A stretch of 55,980 nt of DNA. Source: Prorocentrum cordatum (Eukaryota). The stretch is taken from NCBI GenBank assembly GCA_963575745.1, contig CAUYUJ010000119.1, positions 62,001-117,980 on the forward strand, written 5' to 3'. Of this stretch, positions 13,024 through 24,964 are shown one piece after another; the stretch's first letter is position 1; every line of letters starts with the position of its first letter. The notes beneath the pieces are model-generated. The model saw only the letters and a list, made by a program, of their open reading frames with translations, was not told the DNA's origin and ran no database searches. The position numbers and the translations under genes were made by a program.

Positions 13024-13774
13024 CGATGATGATGCTTATGACGATGCTGCTGATGATGATGATGCTGCTGGGGAGAAGGAACAGGATGATGATGAGGAGG
13101 AATAGCAGGATGAGGATGAGGAGGATGAGGAGGAGAAGGAGGAAGAGGAGGAGGAGGAGGAGGAGGAGGATGGGGAGGAGGAGGAGCAGGATGAGGATGA
13201 AGAGAAGGAGGAGGAAGAGGAGGAGGAGGAGGAGGACGAGGAGGAAGAGGATGGTGATGATGATGATTGTGATGCTGATGGTGATGATGGTGATGCTGAT
13301 GCTGATGATGATAACGATGATGCTGCTGCTATGGATTGTGATTCTGGTAACGGTGCGGATGCTGCTGATGATAATGATGGTGACGATGTCGGAGATGATG
13401 CTGCTGCTGATGATGCTTATGATGATCATGATGCTGATGATGATGCTGCTGATAATGATGATGATGATGATGATGATGATGATGCTGATGATGATGCTGA
13501 TGATGATGATGGCGAGGATGATGATGCTGCGACCGATTACGAGTTTGATTCTGATGTTGCTGACGATGATGATGAGCATGCTGCTGATGATGATGCTGCT
13601 GATGATGCTGATTATGTTGCTGCTGATGATGATGCTGATGCTCATGCTGATGGTGATGCTGAGGCTGGTGCTGCTGGCTGCTGCTGCTGATGAGGGAAAA
13701 GCTGCTGCTGATGCTGATGTTCATGATGGTGATGATGCTGCTGATGTTCATGATGATGATGATGATGATGATGC

Positions 13775-13806
<32 letters not shown>

Positions 13807-13971
13807 CTGCTGCGCATGACGATGACGATGCCGACGACGATGCCGACGACGATGGGGCTGGTGGTGATGATGACGCTGATGATGCTGATACTGATGATGA
13901 TGCTGATGATGCTGATGATGATGCCGTTGATGATGCTGATGATGTTTATGATGATGCTGCTGATGATTATG

Positions 13972-14032
<61 letters not shown>

Positions 14033-14295
14033 GGATGTTGGTGGTGGTGATGATGTGGGTGTTGCTGCTGATGATGATGCTGATGCTGTTGCTGCTGATG
14101 GTGATGGTTATGTTGAGGGGGAGAAGGAGGAGGAGGAGGAGGAGGAGGAGGAGGAGGAAGAGGAGGATGAGGAGGAGGACAATGAGGCGGAGCAGGAGCA
14201 CTGAGGAGGAGGACGAGTTGGAGGAGGAGGAGGAGGAGGAGGAGGAGGAGGAGGAGGGGGAGGGTAATGGGCGGAGGAGGGGTTGGGGTGGGGTG

Positions 14296-14329
<34 letters not shown>

Positions 14330-15957
14330 GTTGTGTTGGGTTGTTTGTGTGTGTGTGTGCGTGTATGTGTGTGCGTGTTTCTGTACTTGTTTTTTTGTGG
14401 GTGGGGGGGGGAGGGGAACTGGGCGATGCTGTTGATGATGATGATGCTCATGATGGTGGTGATGCTGCGCATGACGACGACGATGACGATGATGATGATG
14501 GTGATGATGCTGATGATGATGATGCTGATGATGATGATGCTGATGATGATGATGCTGATGCGCATGACGACGGCGACGATGATGATGATGCTGTTGCTGC
14601 TGATGATGATGATGCTGACGCTGACACTTATGATGATCACGCTGGTGACGATGCTGATGCTGCTGATGATGCTGATGATGATACTGATGCCGATGACGAT
14701 GATGACGACGGCGACGATGATGATGATCATGACGATGATGCTGATGATGCTGATGCTGGTGGCGGTGGTAATGATGATGCTGATGCTGGTGCTGTGGCGG
14801 CGGAGAAAGGGGTGGACGATGAGGGGGAGGAGGAGGAGAAGGACGAGGAAGAGCAGGAGGATTGAGAAGAAGAAGGACAAGGAGGACAACCTGTGGGGAG
14901 GGATGAAGCGGATGAGGAGCAGGATGATGAAGAGGAAGATTGTGATGATTCTGATGATTATGATGATTACGGCGATGATGATGATGCTGCTGATGGTGAT
15001 GATGATAGCGACGATGAGGATGAGGCTGATGATGCTGCTAATGTTGGTAATGGTGATGATGATAATGCCGAATCATATGATGATGATGATGATGGTGATG
15101 ATGGTGATTCTGGTGATGCTGATGATGATGCTGCTGACGATTGTACGTGGGATGATGTTGACGATCCTGGAGATGATGCTGCTAACGATGATGGTGATGA
15201 CAATGCTGATGTTGACGCTGGTGATGCTGATGACGCTCATGCTGCTGGTGATGCTGATTATGCTGATGAGGACGAACGCGATGACGACGATGATGATGCT
15301 AGTTCTGATGATGATGCTGATGCTGATGCTGCTGATGATGATGCTGGTGCTGATGCTGCTGCTGATGATTATTACTAGTTCTATCATTGTGATGATGATG
15401 TTGGGGATGATGCTGCTGATGCTGATGATGATGCATATGATGAATATGATGCTGCTGCTCAGTATCATGATGCTGATTCTATGGCGGTGACGGTCATGCT
15501 TACGCCTGTGATGATGTTGTTGAGGCTGCTGCTGTTGTTGTCGAGAATGCTGCTAATGATGATGCTGATGCTGGTGCTGATGCTGATGCTGATGATGATG
15601 ATGATGCTGCTGCGAAGGAGGAGGATGAGCAGGAGGAGGATGAGGAGGAGAGGTGGAGGAGGAGGATGAGGAGGAGGGGGATGCTGCTGCAGATGACGCC
15701 CAGGATGATGATGCGGATGATGATGTTGCTGATGAGGCTGATGCTGATGATGGTGATGATGATGCTGATGACGATGATGGTGCTGATGCGTATGACGACG
15801 GTGACGATGCTGCTGCTGTTGATGGTGAGGATTGATGCTGCTGATGATGATGACGATACTGCTGATGATGCTGCTGATGATGATGCTCATGACGACGCGG
15901 TTGCTGATGATGATGCTGATGCTGATGGTGATGAGGATGATGACGATGATGATGAGA

Positions 15958-16034
<77 letters not shown>

Positions 16035-16039
16035 CCTGC

Positions 16040-16077
<38 letters not shown>

Positions 16078-16699
16078 CTGATCATGGTGATTGTGGTGGT
16101 GGTGTTCATGACGGTGATGTTAATGCTGCTGCTGATGATGATGATGATGATGCTGATGCTGATGGTGATGTTGAGGATGAGAAGGAGGAGGAAGCCGAGG
16201 AGGGGGAGAAGGAGGACTGAGAGGACGATGAGGAGGTGGGTAATGGGCGGGGGGGAGGGGGTGGGGTGGTATGTGTGTGTGTGCGTGTGTCGGGAGGACG
16301 TAGAGGAGGAGGGGGAGGATACTGACGATGAGGATGATAATGATCATGCTACTGATGGTGATGATGATGACGATTCTGCTGGTGATGATGATGATGCTGA
16401 TGATTATGGTGGTGGTGGTGATGATGTTGATGTTGATGATGGCGATGCTGATGCTGATAATGCTGATGCTGATGGTGATGGCGAGGAGGAGAAGGAGGAG
16501 GAGGAGGAGGACGAGGAGGAGGAGAAGGAGGAGGAGGAGGACGCGGAGGAGTAGGGGTCTGGGCGGGGGGAGGGGGTGGGTCGGTGTGTGTGTGTGTGTG
16601 CGTGTGTGGGGAGGAAGTGGAGGAGGAGGAGGAGGAGGATACTGACCATGATGATGATGCTTATGCTGATGATGATGATGCTGATGACGATGCTCCTGG

Positions 16700-16743
<44 letters not shown>

Positions 16744-16975
16744 GTGATGATGACCGTGGTGGCGGTGGTAGTGATGATGTTGATGCTGATGATGGTGATG
16801 CTGATGCTGATAGTGCTGATGGTGATGGGTATAGTCAGGAGGAGAAGGGTGAGTAGAAGGAGGAGGCGGATGATACAGAGAAGGAGGCGCAGGAGCACTG
16901 AGGAGGAGGACGACGAGGGGGACGAGCAGGGTTATGAGCGGGGGGACAGGTGGGTTGGGGTGGGGGGGAGGGGGG
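12340..16975. repeat. Composite low-complexity block of (AGG)n, degenerate (GAT/GCT)n and (GT)n with higher-order duplication
   Basis: Direct reading. Recurring junction motifs such as CAGGAGCACTGAGGAGGAGGACGA at ~14192 and ~16890. Confidence 0.95.
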
Positions 16976-16977
16976 AC

Positions 16978-17620
16978 GAGCGGTCCCAGCAGCGCTGCAG
17001 AGAGAAGCACGACCTGGAGCAACACGACAGAGAGCAGCAGCCCTTGGACGTTGACATCCGCGAGTGGTCCCAGCAGCTCGGCAGAGAGCAGCACGACCCC
17101 GAGTAGCACGACAGAGAGCAGCAGCCCTTGGACGTCGACATCCGCGAGTGGTCCCAGAACATCGGCAGAGAGCAGCACGACCCCGAGTAGCACGACAGAG
17201 AGCAGCAGCCCTTGGACGTTGACATCCGCGAGGGGTTCCAGCAGCTCGGCAGAGAGCAGCACGACCCCGAGTAGCACGACAGAGAGCAGCAGCCCTTGGA
17301 CGTTGACATCCGCGAGTGGTCCCAGCAGCACGGCAGAGAACAGCAGAGAGCAGCAGCCCGTGGACGTTGACATCCGCGAGGGGTTCCAGCAGCTCGACAG
17401 AGAGCAGCACGACCCCGAGTAGCACGACAGAGAGCAGCAGCCCTTGGACGTTGACATCCGCGAGTGGTCCCAGCAGCTCGGCAGAGAGCAGCACGACCCC
17501 GAGTAGCACGACAGAGCGCAGCAGCCCTTGGACGTCGACATCCGCGAGTGGTCCCAGCAGCACGGCAGAGGGCAGAACGACACGGAGCAGCACGACATAT
17601 AGCAGCAGCAGCCCGTGGAG
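16978..17620 (+). repeat. 84-bp tandem array (8 units, one shortened to 64 bp) directly 5' of the CRE-like ORF
   Basis: Unit starts at 16978, 17062, 17146, 17230, 17314 (short), 17378, 17462 and 17546 (diverged). Confidence 0.95.
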
Positions 17621-20600
17621 GTGGTGCAAGCCGCCCAGGGCGATCTCGCTCGAGGCAGGGCCCCCAGGCACGCGCACAAGCAGTGCGGAGCTATTCTACT
17701 TGCACCACAGGCGGTCCTGCGCCGCGTCTGCGAGTGGGGCCCAATCTCAGGGGGCGAAAAGGCCGTCGCCGCGCCCAGCAGTGGCCCCTCTCCTGATCTC
17801 GTTGGGCCCATGCATGGGTTTTGGTATGGACATCGTTTTCGTCTTCACCAGCCTGCAGTGCAACTTTCTTCTCAGGAGTCTTTTGCTCGTCATCGAGCGG
17901 CCAGGCTCTTGGGCCCCCGCTGTCTTCGCCTGCCTGGCACACCCCCCCTTGGGCGAGCACGGCACCGCGCTGCAGCTCTGCGCCTTGGTCTCGGGCGATG
18001 CCGTGCCGTGGATGGCCGTGCAAGCCGTCCTCCTTGGGAGCTGGCGCGCGCCTGTCGGGATCGTCGCTCTCGCGGCTTACGCGTGTGACGTGCACGTCCA
18101 GCTGCGATGGTGCAGGCTTGCTAGCGCTGGCGTGGCCTTTGCAGGAATCCCCGGTTGGGGCACAGGCGCTGGGACAGCTTGGGCGGCCGCCACGGTAGGG
18201 GCGGCGTGGTGGCGACCAGCCTTTCCAGACGCGGGGCCGCCGCCTCCGGCGCCGCACCCGGAGCCGCGGCCAGCAGCCAGGGAACTCCGGGTCACCAGCT
18301 GGGGCGTCGACGTGCTCGCCAACCGCCGGAGCTGCTACTGCCACCTGGAGTCGTGCAAGGGGCCGATACGGCGGGGAGACCTCCGGGCCTTCAGCACCAC
18401 CCTCGCGCACAAACTGTACTACCACCCTGAGTGCGTGGAGGGTGGCCTAGGGCCCTACGACAACGTCGCGGGCACCGATCAGCTCACAGACGCCCAAAAG
18501 GACACTGTCCGTGACCTTTGCGACAGGCCTGGGAGACCCACCCGCGAGCAGTTCGTCGAAGACGTCCGCAGCGCGAAAAGAGCACGGCAGCAGGGCACGG
18601 ACGGAGGCGGGGCGCCTTTGCAGGGAGCAGACGACGGCGACCCGGGAGAGCTGCCCGAAACACTAGAAGGAGACGCGGGGAACGGGCCCCAGGCAGATTT
18701 GTCTAGTCTGTCCTGGTGGGACTCTGTGTCGTACGACAGCCTCGCCCAGGATGTGCCCACGGTGGCAAAGGTGCCGGACGAGACGGCGCGGGCCTTGGCG
18801 GCGCTGCGCGGCCGAATAGCACAGACACTGCTCAACGCTTACGGCGCCGGCGACGCCACCGCGCAGCACCGCGCCGAGAAGCTCGTCACTTTCTTCGACC
18901 GCCTCATGCTCCACAGGAACCAGAAACAGCGCGGCGGCAAGGCGACGAAAGGGCGGGGTCTCAGCCAGGCGTTGATCAGCAGACTGAGGCTGGCTGAGCG
19001 GGGGGACTGGGCCGCTCTCTGGAGGGCGGCCCACGCCCCGGGCACTCGCCCGCCTGGGCGCAGCGGCCGGCGGCCCACGCCCGAGCGAGCCGCCCAGCAG
19101 GCAGAGACGCTGGTGAAGGAGGGTCTGGTCAGCAAGGCGATGACGGCCGTCGCCCGCCCGACGACGCCAGCCCAGGGGAGCGGCGTCTGCGCCACTCTGG
19201 AGAGCCTTTTCCCGACGGGGGCCCCTGCCACCTGGAACGGTCCAGCGCCGCAGCCACTTGACGAGGACTTGCAGAATGAATTGCTCACCGCGGTCAAAGA
19301 CCACGTCCGCCGCGCTCCCCGCCGGTCTGGTCCTGGACCTAACGGCTCCCGCTTTGAACACTGGCGTACCCTGCTGTGTGACACACCTGCCCTCGAAGCT
19401 TGCGCCAGAGTCGTGGTCCTGTTCCTTCACGGGCAGTTCAGCCCAGGAGCCATGGAAGCGAACCTCGGGGCACGGCTCGTGGCTCTTCGCAAACCGAATG
19501 GAGGCTTCCGCCCAATCGCTTGTGGCGGCGTACTGCGGCGCTTGGCGGGGCGGGCGGCCTGCGCGGTGTTCGGGGACATCATCAAAGCGGGGTGTGGCCG
19601 GTTCCAATATGCTGTTGGCCGGCCAGCAGGCTGTGAATTAATCCACAAGACGATCGCTGCCCTCACGGAGGCAAGCCCGCGAGGAGTGATCCTGGCCTTC
19701 GACGCGAAGAACGCCTTCAACAGTGTGCCCTGGCAGCAAGTTCTGGACAGCGTGGCGGCGAGAGCACCGGACCTCGGCCCGACGGCGGCCGCTTGGTTGG
19801 GCAGGACCACGACGCACCTGTTCTGGAACGACACCGAAGACGCCGCTCGGGTCCGGGCGACGAGCGGAGTCGACCAAGGCTGCCCCTTGTCCCCTGCCTT
19901 GTTCGCCATCGCCATCGCTGGCGCCCTGGGCGAGATCCACGCCGCGCTGCAGACGTTCTCGCCCGCTTGCAAGGTCTTCGGCTACTTGGACGACGTGATG
20001 GTTTTCACTCCCCTAGAGCACGCTGCGGCCGCTGACCAGATCGTCGCGGAGACGCTTCTCCGGCACGGGCTACAGGTTCAACAGGACAAAACGCAAGCTT
20101 GGACAAAGGACGCCAACGCGGCCCTTCCCCCCACGCTCAGCGAGCGCCGGGTGCCGCACCTGAAGTGTCTGGGCAACGCGGCGCCGTGGCTGGACCAGGA
20201 GGAGGAGCGGATCCGAGTCCACGCCGGCACGGACGGCGCCGCCGCAGTGGCGAAAGCGGTCAGGTTCGGCTACCGACTCCGCGAGCTACGTGCAGCGGGC
20301 CTCTCAGCTGGGGCCACCTTCACGCTGCTCCGCGCCTGCGCCCAAGGCGCCGTGACGCACCACCTGCGAGCCAGCCGCGACCTGTCCTGGGTGGACCAGT
20401 TCGATCAAATCATACTCGGCTGTCTGGAAGAACTCATCGGGGCCGCTCTCGACCCGCAGCAGCGCGCGCAGGCCACGATGCGCCTCAAAGACGGCGGTAT
20501 CTCCTTGCCTTCCGCGCGGACCACCTCCCCCGCAGCGTGCGCGGCAAGCTGGGCTCTCACCATGAAGGAAGTGGCCCGCGCCGCCGGTTTCCAGAGCTGG

Positions 20601-21532
20601 GAAGACTTCCGGGCACAATGCCCCCTGACGCACCAAGCGCTCAAAGAAGCCGACGCTGGCCTCCGGGCCCAGGGGGCCGTCAGCGGCGACTTCGATTGGT
20701 TGGGGTGCTTCCAGGAGCCCACGCCCAAGTTGCAAGGCACGTGGGGCAAGGCGCGCTCTGCGGCCACGAGCAAAACTCCTCCGGGAGCTCGGGGGGGGCG
20801 ACCGCCTGGCACTCCGCGGCGCTGGCGGGACAGGAGCCGGCAGTTTCGTCCTGCCCAGCGAGGAACATGCCCGACAGGCACTTCATCACCTCTGTGAAGC
20901 TGCGCCTCCGGTGTGATGTCTGCCCGCAAGGCGCCGTGTGCCAGCTCCGCCGCCAGGGCGGCACAATCTGCGGCGCCCCACTGGACCGGCGAGGGTGGCA
21001 CGCGAGATGCTGTGGAGTCGGTCAGTCCCGCACCGCCCGCCACGACCGCATGCGGGACTGGCATGCCAAGCTGCACACCAGCCTCACAGGCTTCGCCGCG
21101 ACCACAGAGCAGCTTGTCCCTGCATGGGACCGCGTCAACCGGCGCACAGGCCTGCTGGAAGCAGCCAAGTTAGATGTCGCCACGACAGATCCCAGCACGG
21201 GCCGGCCCGTCTTCGTTGATTGGAGCATCACCTGCGAATACTCTGAGTACGCCCCTCGCAGGCAAGCACGCTCCAACAACGATGGCGCCGCCGCAGCGGC
21301 CATGGTGCGGGAAAAGCGGGACAGATACCCCCCGAGTGGGGGAGACCTCGCCCCACTCGTCTTCGAGACATTGGGCCGCCCGTCAGACGAAGCCGCAGAG
21401 TTCCTCCGGGCTTGCGGACAGAACCTCGGCGAGGCAGAGCGGGGCGAGGTGCTCGCCAGAGTGTGGCGGCAGCTGTCCCGCCACCTCCGGCGTGGCAATG
21501 CCGAGATGGTGCTCAGCGCCATCGGCCAGTAA
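17316..21532 (+). mobile_element. CRE/SLACS-type non-LTR retrotransposon ORF: PARP-type zinc finger, RT, CCHC knuckle and restriction-like endonuclease; two frameshifts near 20773 and 20867
   Basis: RT motifs SGPGPNGSRFEHW, LVALRKPNGGFRPIACG, QYAVG, FDAKNAFNSV, GVDQGCPLSP, GYLDD, LKDGGISL. Then LRGAGGTGAGSF in a shifted frame. Then CGAPLDRRGWHARCC, RHD, KLDV, VFVDWSI, REKRDRYP, PLVFETLGR. Stop at 21530-21532. True start codon uncertain. Confidence 0.9.
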
Positions 21533-21534
21533 GG

Positions 21535-21732
21535 CCGCGACCACAACCACCACCAGCACAACCGCTACTACCAGCACCACGACGACGACCCTAAGGACGG
21601 CAACCGCCGCGACCACCAGCGCCACGACCACGACCAGCGCCAGCACGACGACCACCGCGACCACCGCCAGCAAGCACCACGACCACGACTGCACGACAGC
21701 ACCACGACCACGACCACTACCACCTCCGACCT
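21535..21732 (+). repeat. Degenerate (ACC/ACG)n tract directly after the retroelement stop (3' tail or target)
   Basis: Direct reading. Confidence 0.75.
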
Positions 21733-22850
21733 GACTGCCAACGCCCCCGTCCGCCCCGCCCCTCCCCTCTCCTCTCCCCGTCCCTGGCGGGCCGCCCCTG
21801 CAGCCGCGCGGGCCTTGCGCCTCCCTCCCCCTTCGCCTCCTCCTCCTGCTGCTGCTCCTTCTCCCGCAGGCTGAGCCGGCCTAGCCAGGGCCCGAAGACG
21901 GCTCGAGGCTCGACGGTTCCTTCGGCGGCGGACTCGGACTCGCCTCACACGCCTGGCCCCGGTGGCCACTCGTCCCAAAGGTGGACGTGTGCCGGGGCCG
22001 CGGGGGAGTAGGAGGAGGAGGAGGAGGAGGAGGAGGAGGAGGAGGAGGAGGAGGAGGAGGAGGAGGAGGAGGAGGAGGAGGAGGAGGCAGCGTGCGCGGA
22101 AAAATCCGGAAGCCCCAGTAACCTGATGCCCATGCGTTCCTGCCGCTTGTGACCCAGCCCTCTCGATGAGCCCTATGCTGACGTACTTCTGAGGCACCCG
22201 TGCAGCACCGCGTATGCGCGTGCTAGTGTGCTTGGCCCTGGCAGCGCGTTCGGTACGAGTGGCTCTGGCGAGCCTGCCAGCGCCGAGGTCAACCCCCAAG
22301 TGGGCACTGAAGAGCTGCCGGCAAAGCGAAGCCACGCTTCCCAAGCCGACGCACAACATGCTTGCCGTCCGCGGCGGGCGAACACAAAACTGCACTATTG
22401 CTGGCCACCTGGAGCCCGTGCTCGGCGAGCGTCTGACAGGTAGCGAGGATACCATGAACCAGCCTGCCTCGTACAACTGTGCGCTTGCCCGCGGTGTGCT
22501 GCGTGAGGTCGTCGACCCGGATGCGATGCGACATGCGCGGATGTGCCAGTGGTGAGACGCTCCAACATTTAGAACACATGGCAACGATCGAATCGAGTAC
22601 CATTGCGAAGCCCCTGGACGATGCTCTGGCTCGGCTAGAACGCATGAAAACACGATCTCATCTGTGAAGGCACACGTGGGGTAAAGCACATCTGCGACTC
22701 GAGCGCAAGCACTTGAGGCGGCAATCCCATCTTGGGTGATATCCTCGCGGGCGAGAGACCACGTCCTTTAAAACATTGGCATGAGTCCGATGACTCTGCT
22801 CCCTTACCTTTCCTCCGAAGGAGACGGCCCAGGGCCGCCGCGAGTTTCCG

Positions 22851-23160
22851 GGAGGAGGGGGCGGAGGGGGAGAAGGAGTAGGAGTAGGATGGGGAGGAGG
22901 AGGAGGAGGCGGAGGGAGAGGAGGGGGAGAGGAGGAGGAGGAGGGGAGGAGGATGAGGAGGAGGAGCGGAGGAGGAGGAGGAGGAGGAGGAGGAGGAGGA
23001 GGGGAGGAGGAGGAGGAGGAGGGAGGAGGAGGAGGAGGAGGAGGAGGAGGGGGAGGGAGGAGGAGGGGGGAGGAGGAGGAGGAGGAGGAGGAGGAGGAGG
23101 AGGAGGAGGAGGAGGAGGAGGAGGAGGAGGAGGAGGAGGAGGAGGAGGAGGAGGAGGAGA
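22851..23160. repeat. ~310-bp (AGG)n tract inserted in LINE RT coding sequence
   Basis: Flanks read ...CLPWP | RKLAAALGRLL... on the minus strand. Confidence 0.85.
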
Positions 23161-23258
23161 AGGCCAGGGCAGGCAGGCCTCGCGGGCCCCAAACAACTCG
23201 GTCGGCTCAGGGATGCCTTGGGGTGGGGGTTTGTGTGTGGGGGGGGGGGGCGCTACAT

Positions 23259-24019
23259 TGAAGTCGGGCCTGTCCCTCTACAGGAGGGATATTCGGAAAT
23301 AGTCCAAAAATAGTCTGGGAACTATTTCTTTGAGTACTTCCCTACCTAGGCTCTGCCTAGAAGGGTTCTTACTCTCTTAGCTTAAAGGGGCCGGGCAGTG
23401 GAAAGCGCCCCGGGCGGTTCCCCAGTCCCCTGGGAGCGGTTCCCCCCAGTCCCCTGGGAGCTTTAGCTTTAGCTTTAGCTTTAGCTTTAGCTTTAGCTTA
23501 GCTTTAGCTGAGCTTTAGCTTAGCTGCAGCTTAGCTTTAACTTAGCTTTTCGCTTAGCTTTTCGCTTAGCGTTTAGCTTAGCTTTAGCTTAGCTTTAGCT
23601 TAGCTTTAGCTTAGCTTGAGCTTAGCTGTAGCTTAACTTTAGCTTAGCTTTAGCTTAGCTTTAGCTTAGCTGTAGCTTAGCTTTAGCTTAGCTGTTGCTC
23701 AGCTTTAGCTTAGCTTTAGCTTAGCTTTAGCTTAGCTTTAGCTTAGCTTTGTCTTAGCTTCAGCTTAGCTTTAGCTTAACATTAGCTTAGCTGTGGCTTA
23801 GCTTTAGCTTAGCTTTAGCTTAGCTTTAGCTTAGCTTTAGCTTAGCTTTAGCTTAGCTTTAGCTTAGCGTTACTGTTACTACTAATGCTGCTTTCCTAGG
23901 GGTTCCAACTCCTAGGTAGGGTTGCACTGGGATAATTTTGATAATTTTTGGGGTATTTGTTTTGGGTATTTTTGATTTTTCGCCCCAAATCCCCCTGTAG
24001 GGGGACACGCCCGACTTAA
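23259..24019. mobile_element. Non-autonomous TIR element carrying a (TTAGC)/(TTTAGC) satellite, 8-bp TSD, copy 1
   Basis: TIRs TGAAGTCGGGCCTGTCCCTCTACAGG / CCTGTAGGGGGACACGCCCGACTTAA. CGCTACAT at 23251-23258 and 24020-24027. Splits the LINE RT. Confidence 0.85.
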
Positions 24020-24964
24020 CGCTACATATTAAGTGGGGTCATTTCGTCAGCCCCGCGTCCTGTTTTAGGCCTCGTCGAATGCAGAGCGTATTGTACGCGT
24101 TCGGGTCGCAAAGGTTCCAGCTGCTCCACAGCGGCCGCGTACCCGATCTCCCTGAAGATGCAGTTGACCTCGTCGAGGTCCGGTGGCTGGGGGCTCCATA
24201 GGGCATGCCATTTTAGGGCCTTCCTATCCACGATGTCGATCGGATGGGAAATAATCTTGCCATACACCCGACGTTCATCAGGCACAGTGGGGATCTTCTT
24301 CAGGGCTCCGTGGAGAATTCCCGAGGCCCCAGGCGAAGCAACCCAATCTCTGAACTGCTTGAGAGCCCCTGGCAGCCCGACGACGTGCACGGGCAGCTGC
24401 ACGTTCGGTCGCAAAGGTCATTTTGTGAACCAGTGCGTCAGAGAGCGAGGAGACGCGCAGAAGCTTAGCCTGCCAGTCGCTCGAGGCGGGGGCGTTCGCG
24501 CCGTCGTCGCCGTGGGCAGCGCGCGAGTCATCAGAAGCATAATCAGCCAATGGAACGGTCGCGCCAGGGGGTTAGTCGCTGGCCAAGGCCCGCAACGCTT
24601 CAGAAAGCTGAGCTTGCTGCACAACACCATTGCCTCGACTGCGGTGCTTGCTGAGCCCAGACAAGACCGTGGAGAGTCGGCCCCGCCAGGAAGCCACAGT
24701 ATCATGGAACGGCTGGTCACGATCATTAAGTATCCACCGCCTGGACCTCGACGACCTGAGAGAAAGGCCCCTGGGCCCCAGAAGTCTCACCTCCAAAACC
24801 GCACTCATGATACTCAAGAATCGCAAGCTCCACGGTGGACGCCAAAGCACCATGCAGAGCTCCCAGGCGCAGTATGTGTTGGCCACCAACCGCGGAAGCA
24901 GCATATTCCCTGGCAGCGCCCCAAACGTTGCTGACATCGCGCCTGTTGAGGTATCCGACCTTCG

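Noticed and set aside
12321..16900. Long Met-, Asp-, Ile- or His-rich ORFs (also at 27253-29529, 40560-42407 and 44088-46124)
   Set aside because: They are translations of trinucleotide repeats, open in several frames on both strands, with no domain content.
16978..17620. 84-bp array as a CRISPR array
   Set aside because: Units are near-identical along their whole length, with no unique spacers and no cas genes; the context is eukaryotic.
16900..21800. Spliced-leader gene as the target of the CRE-like element
   Set aside because: No SL sequence is visible in either flank.
23460..23870. (TTTAGC/TTAGC)n as a telomere
   Set aside because: It is internal to a TIR element with a TSD and is not TTTAGGG.
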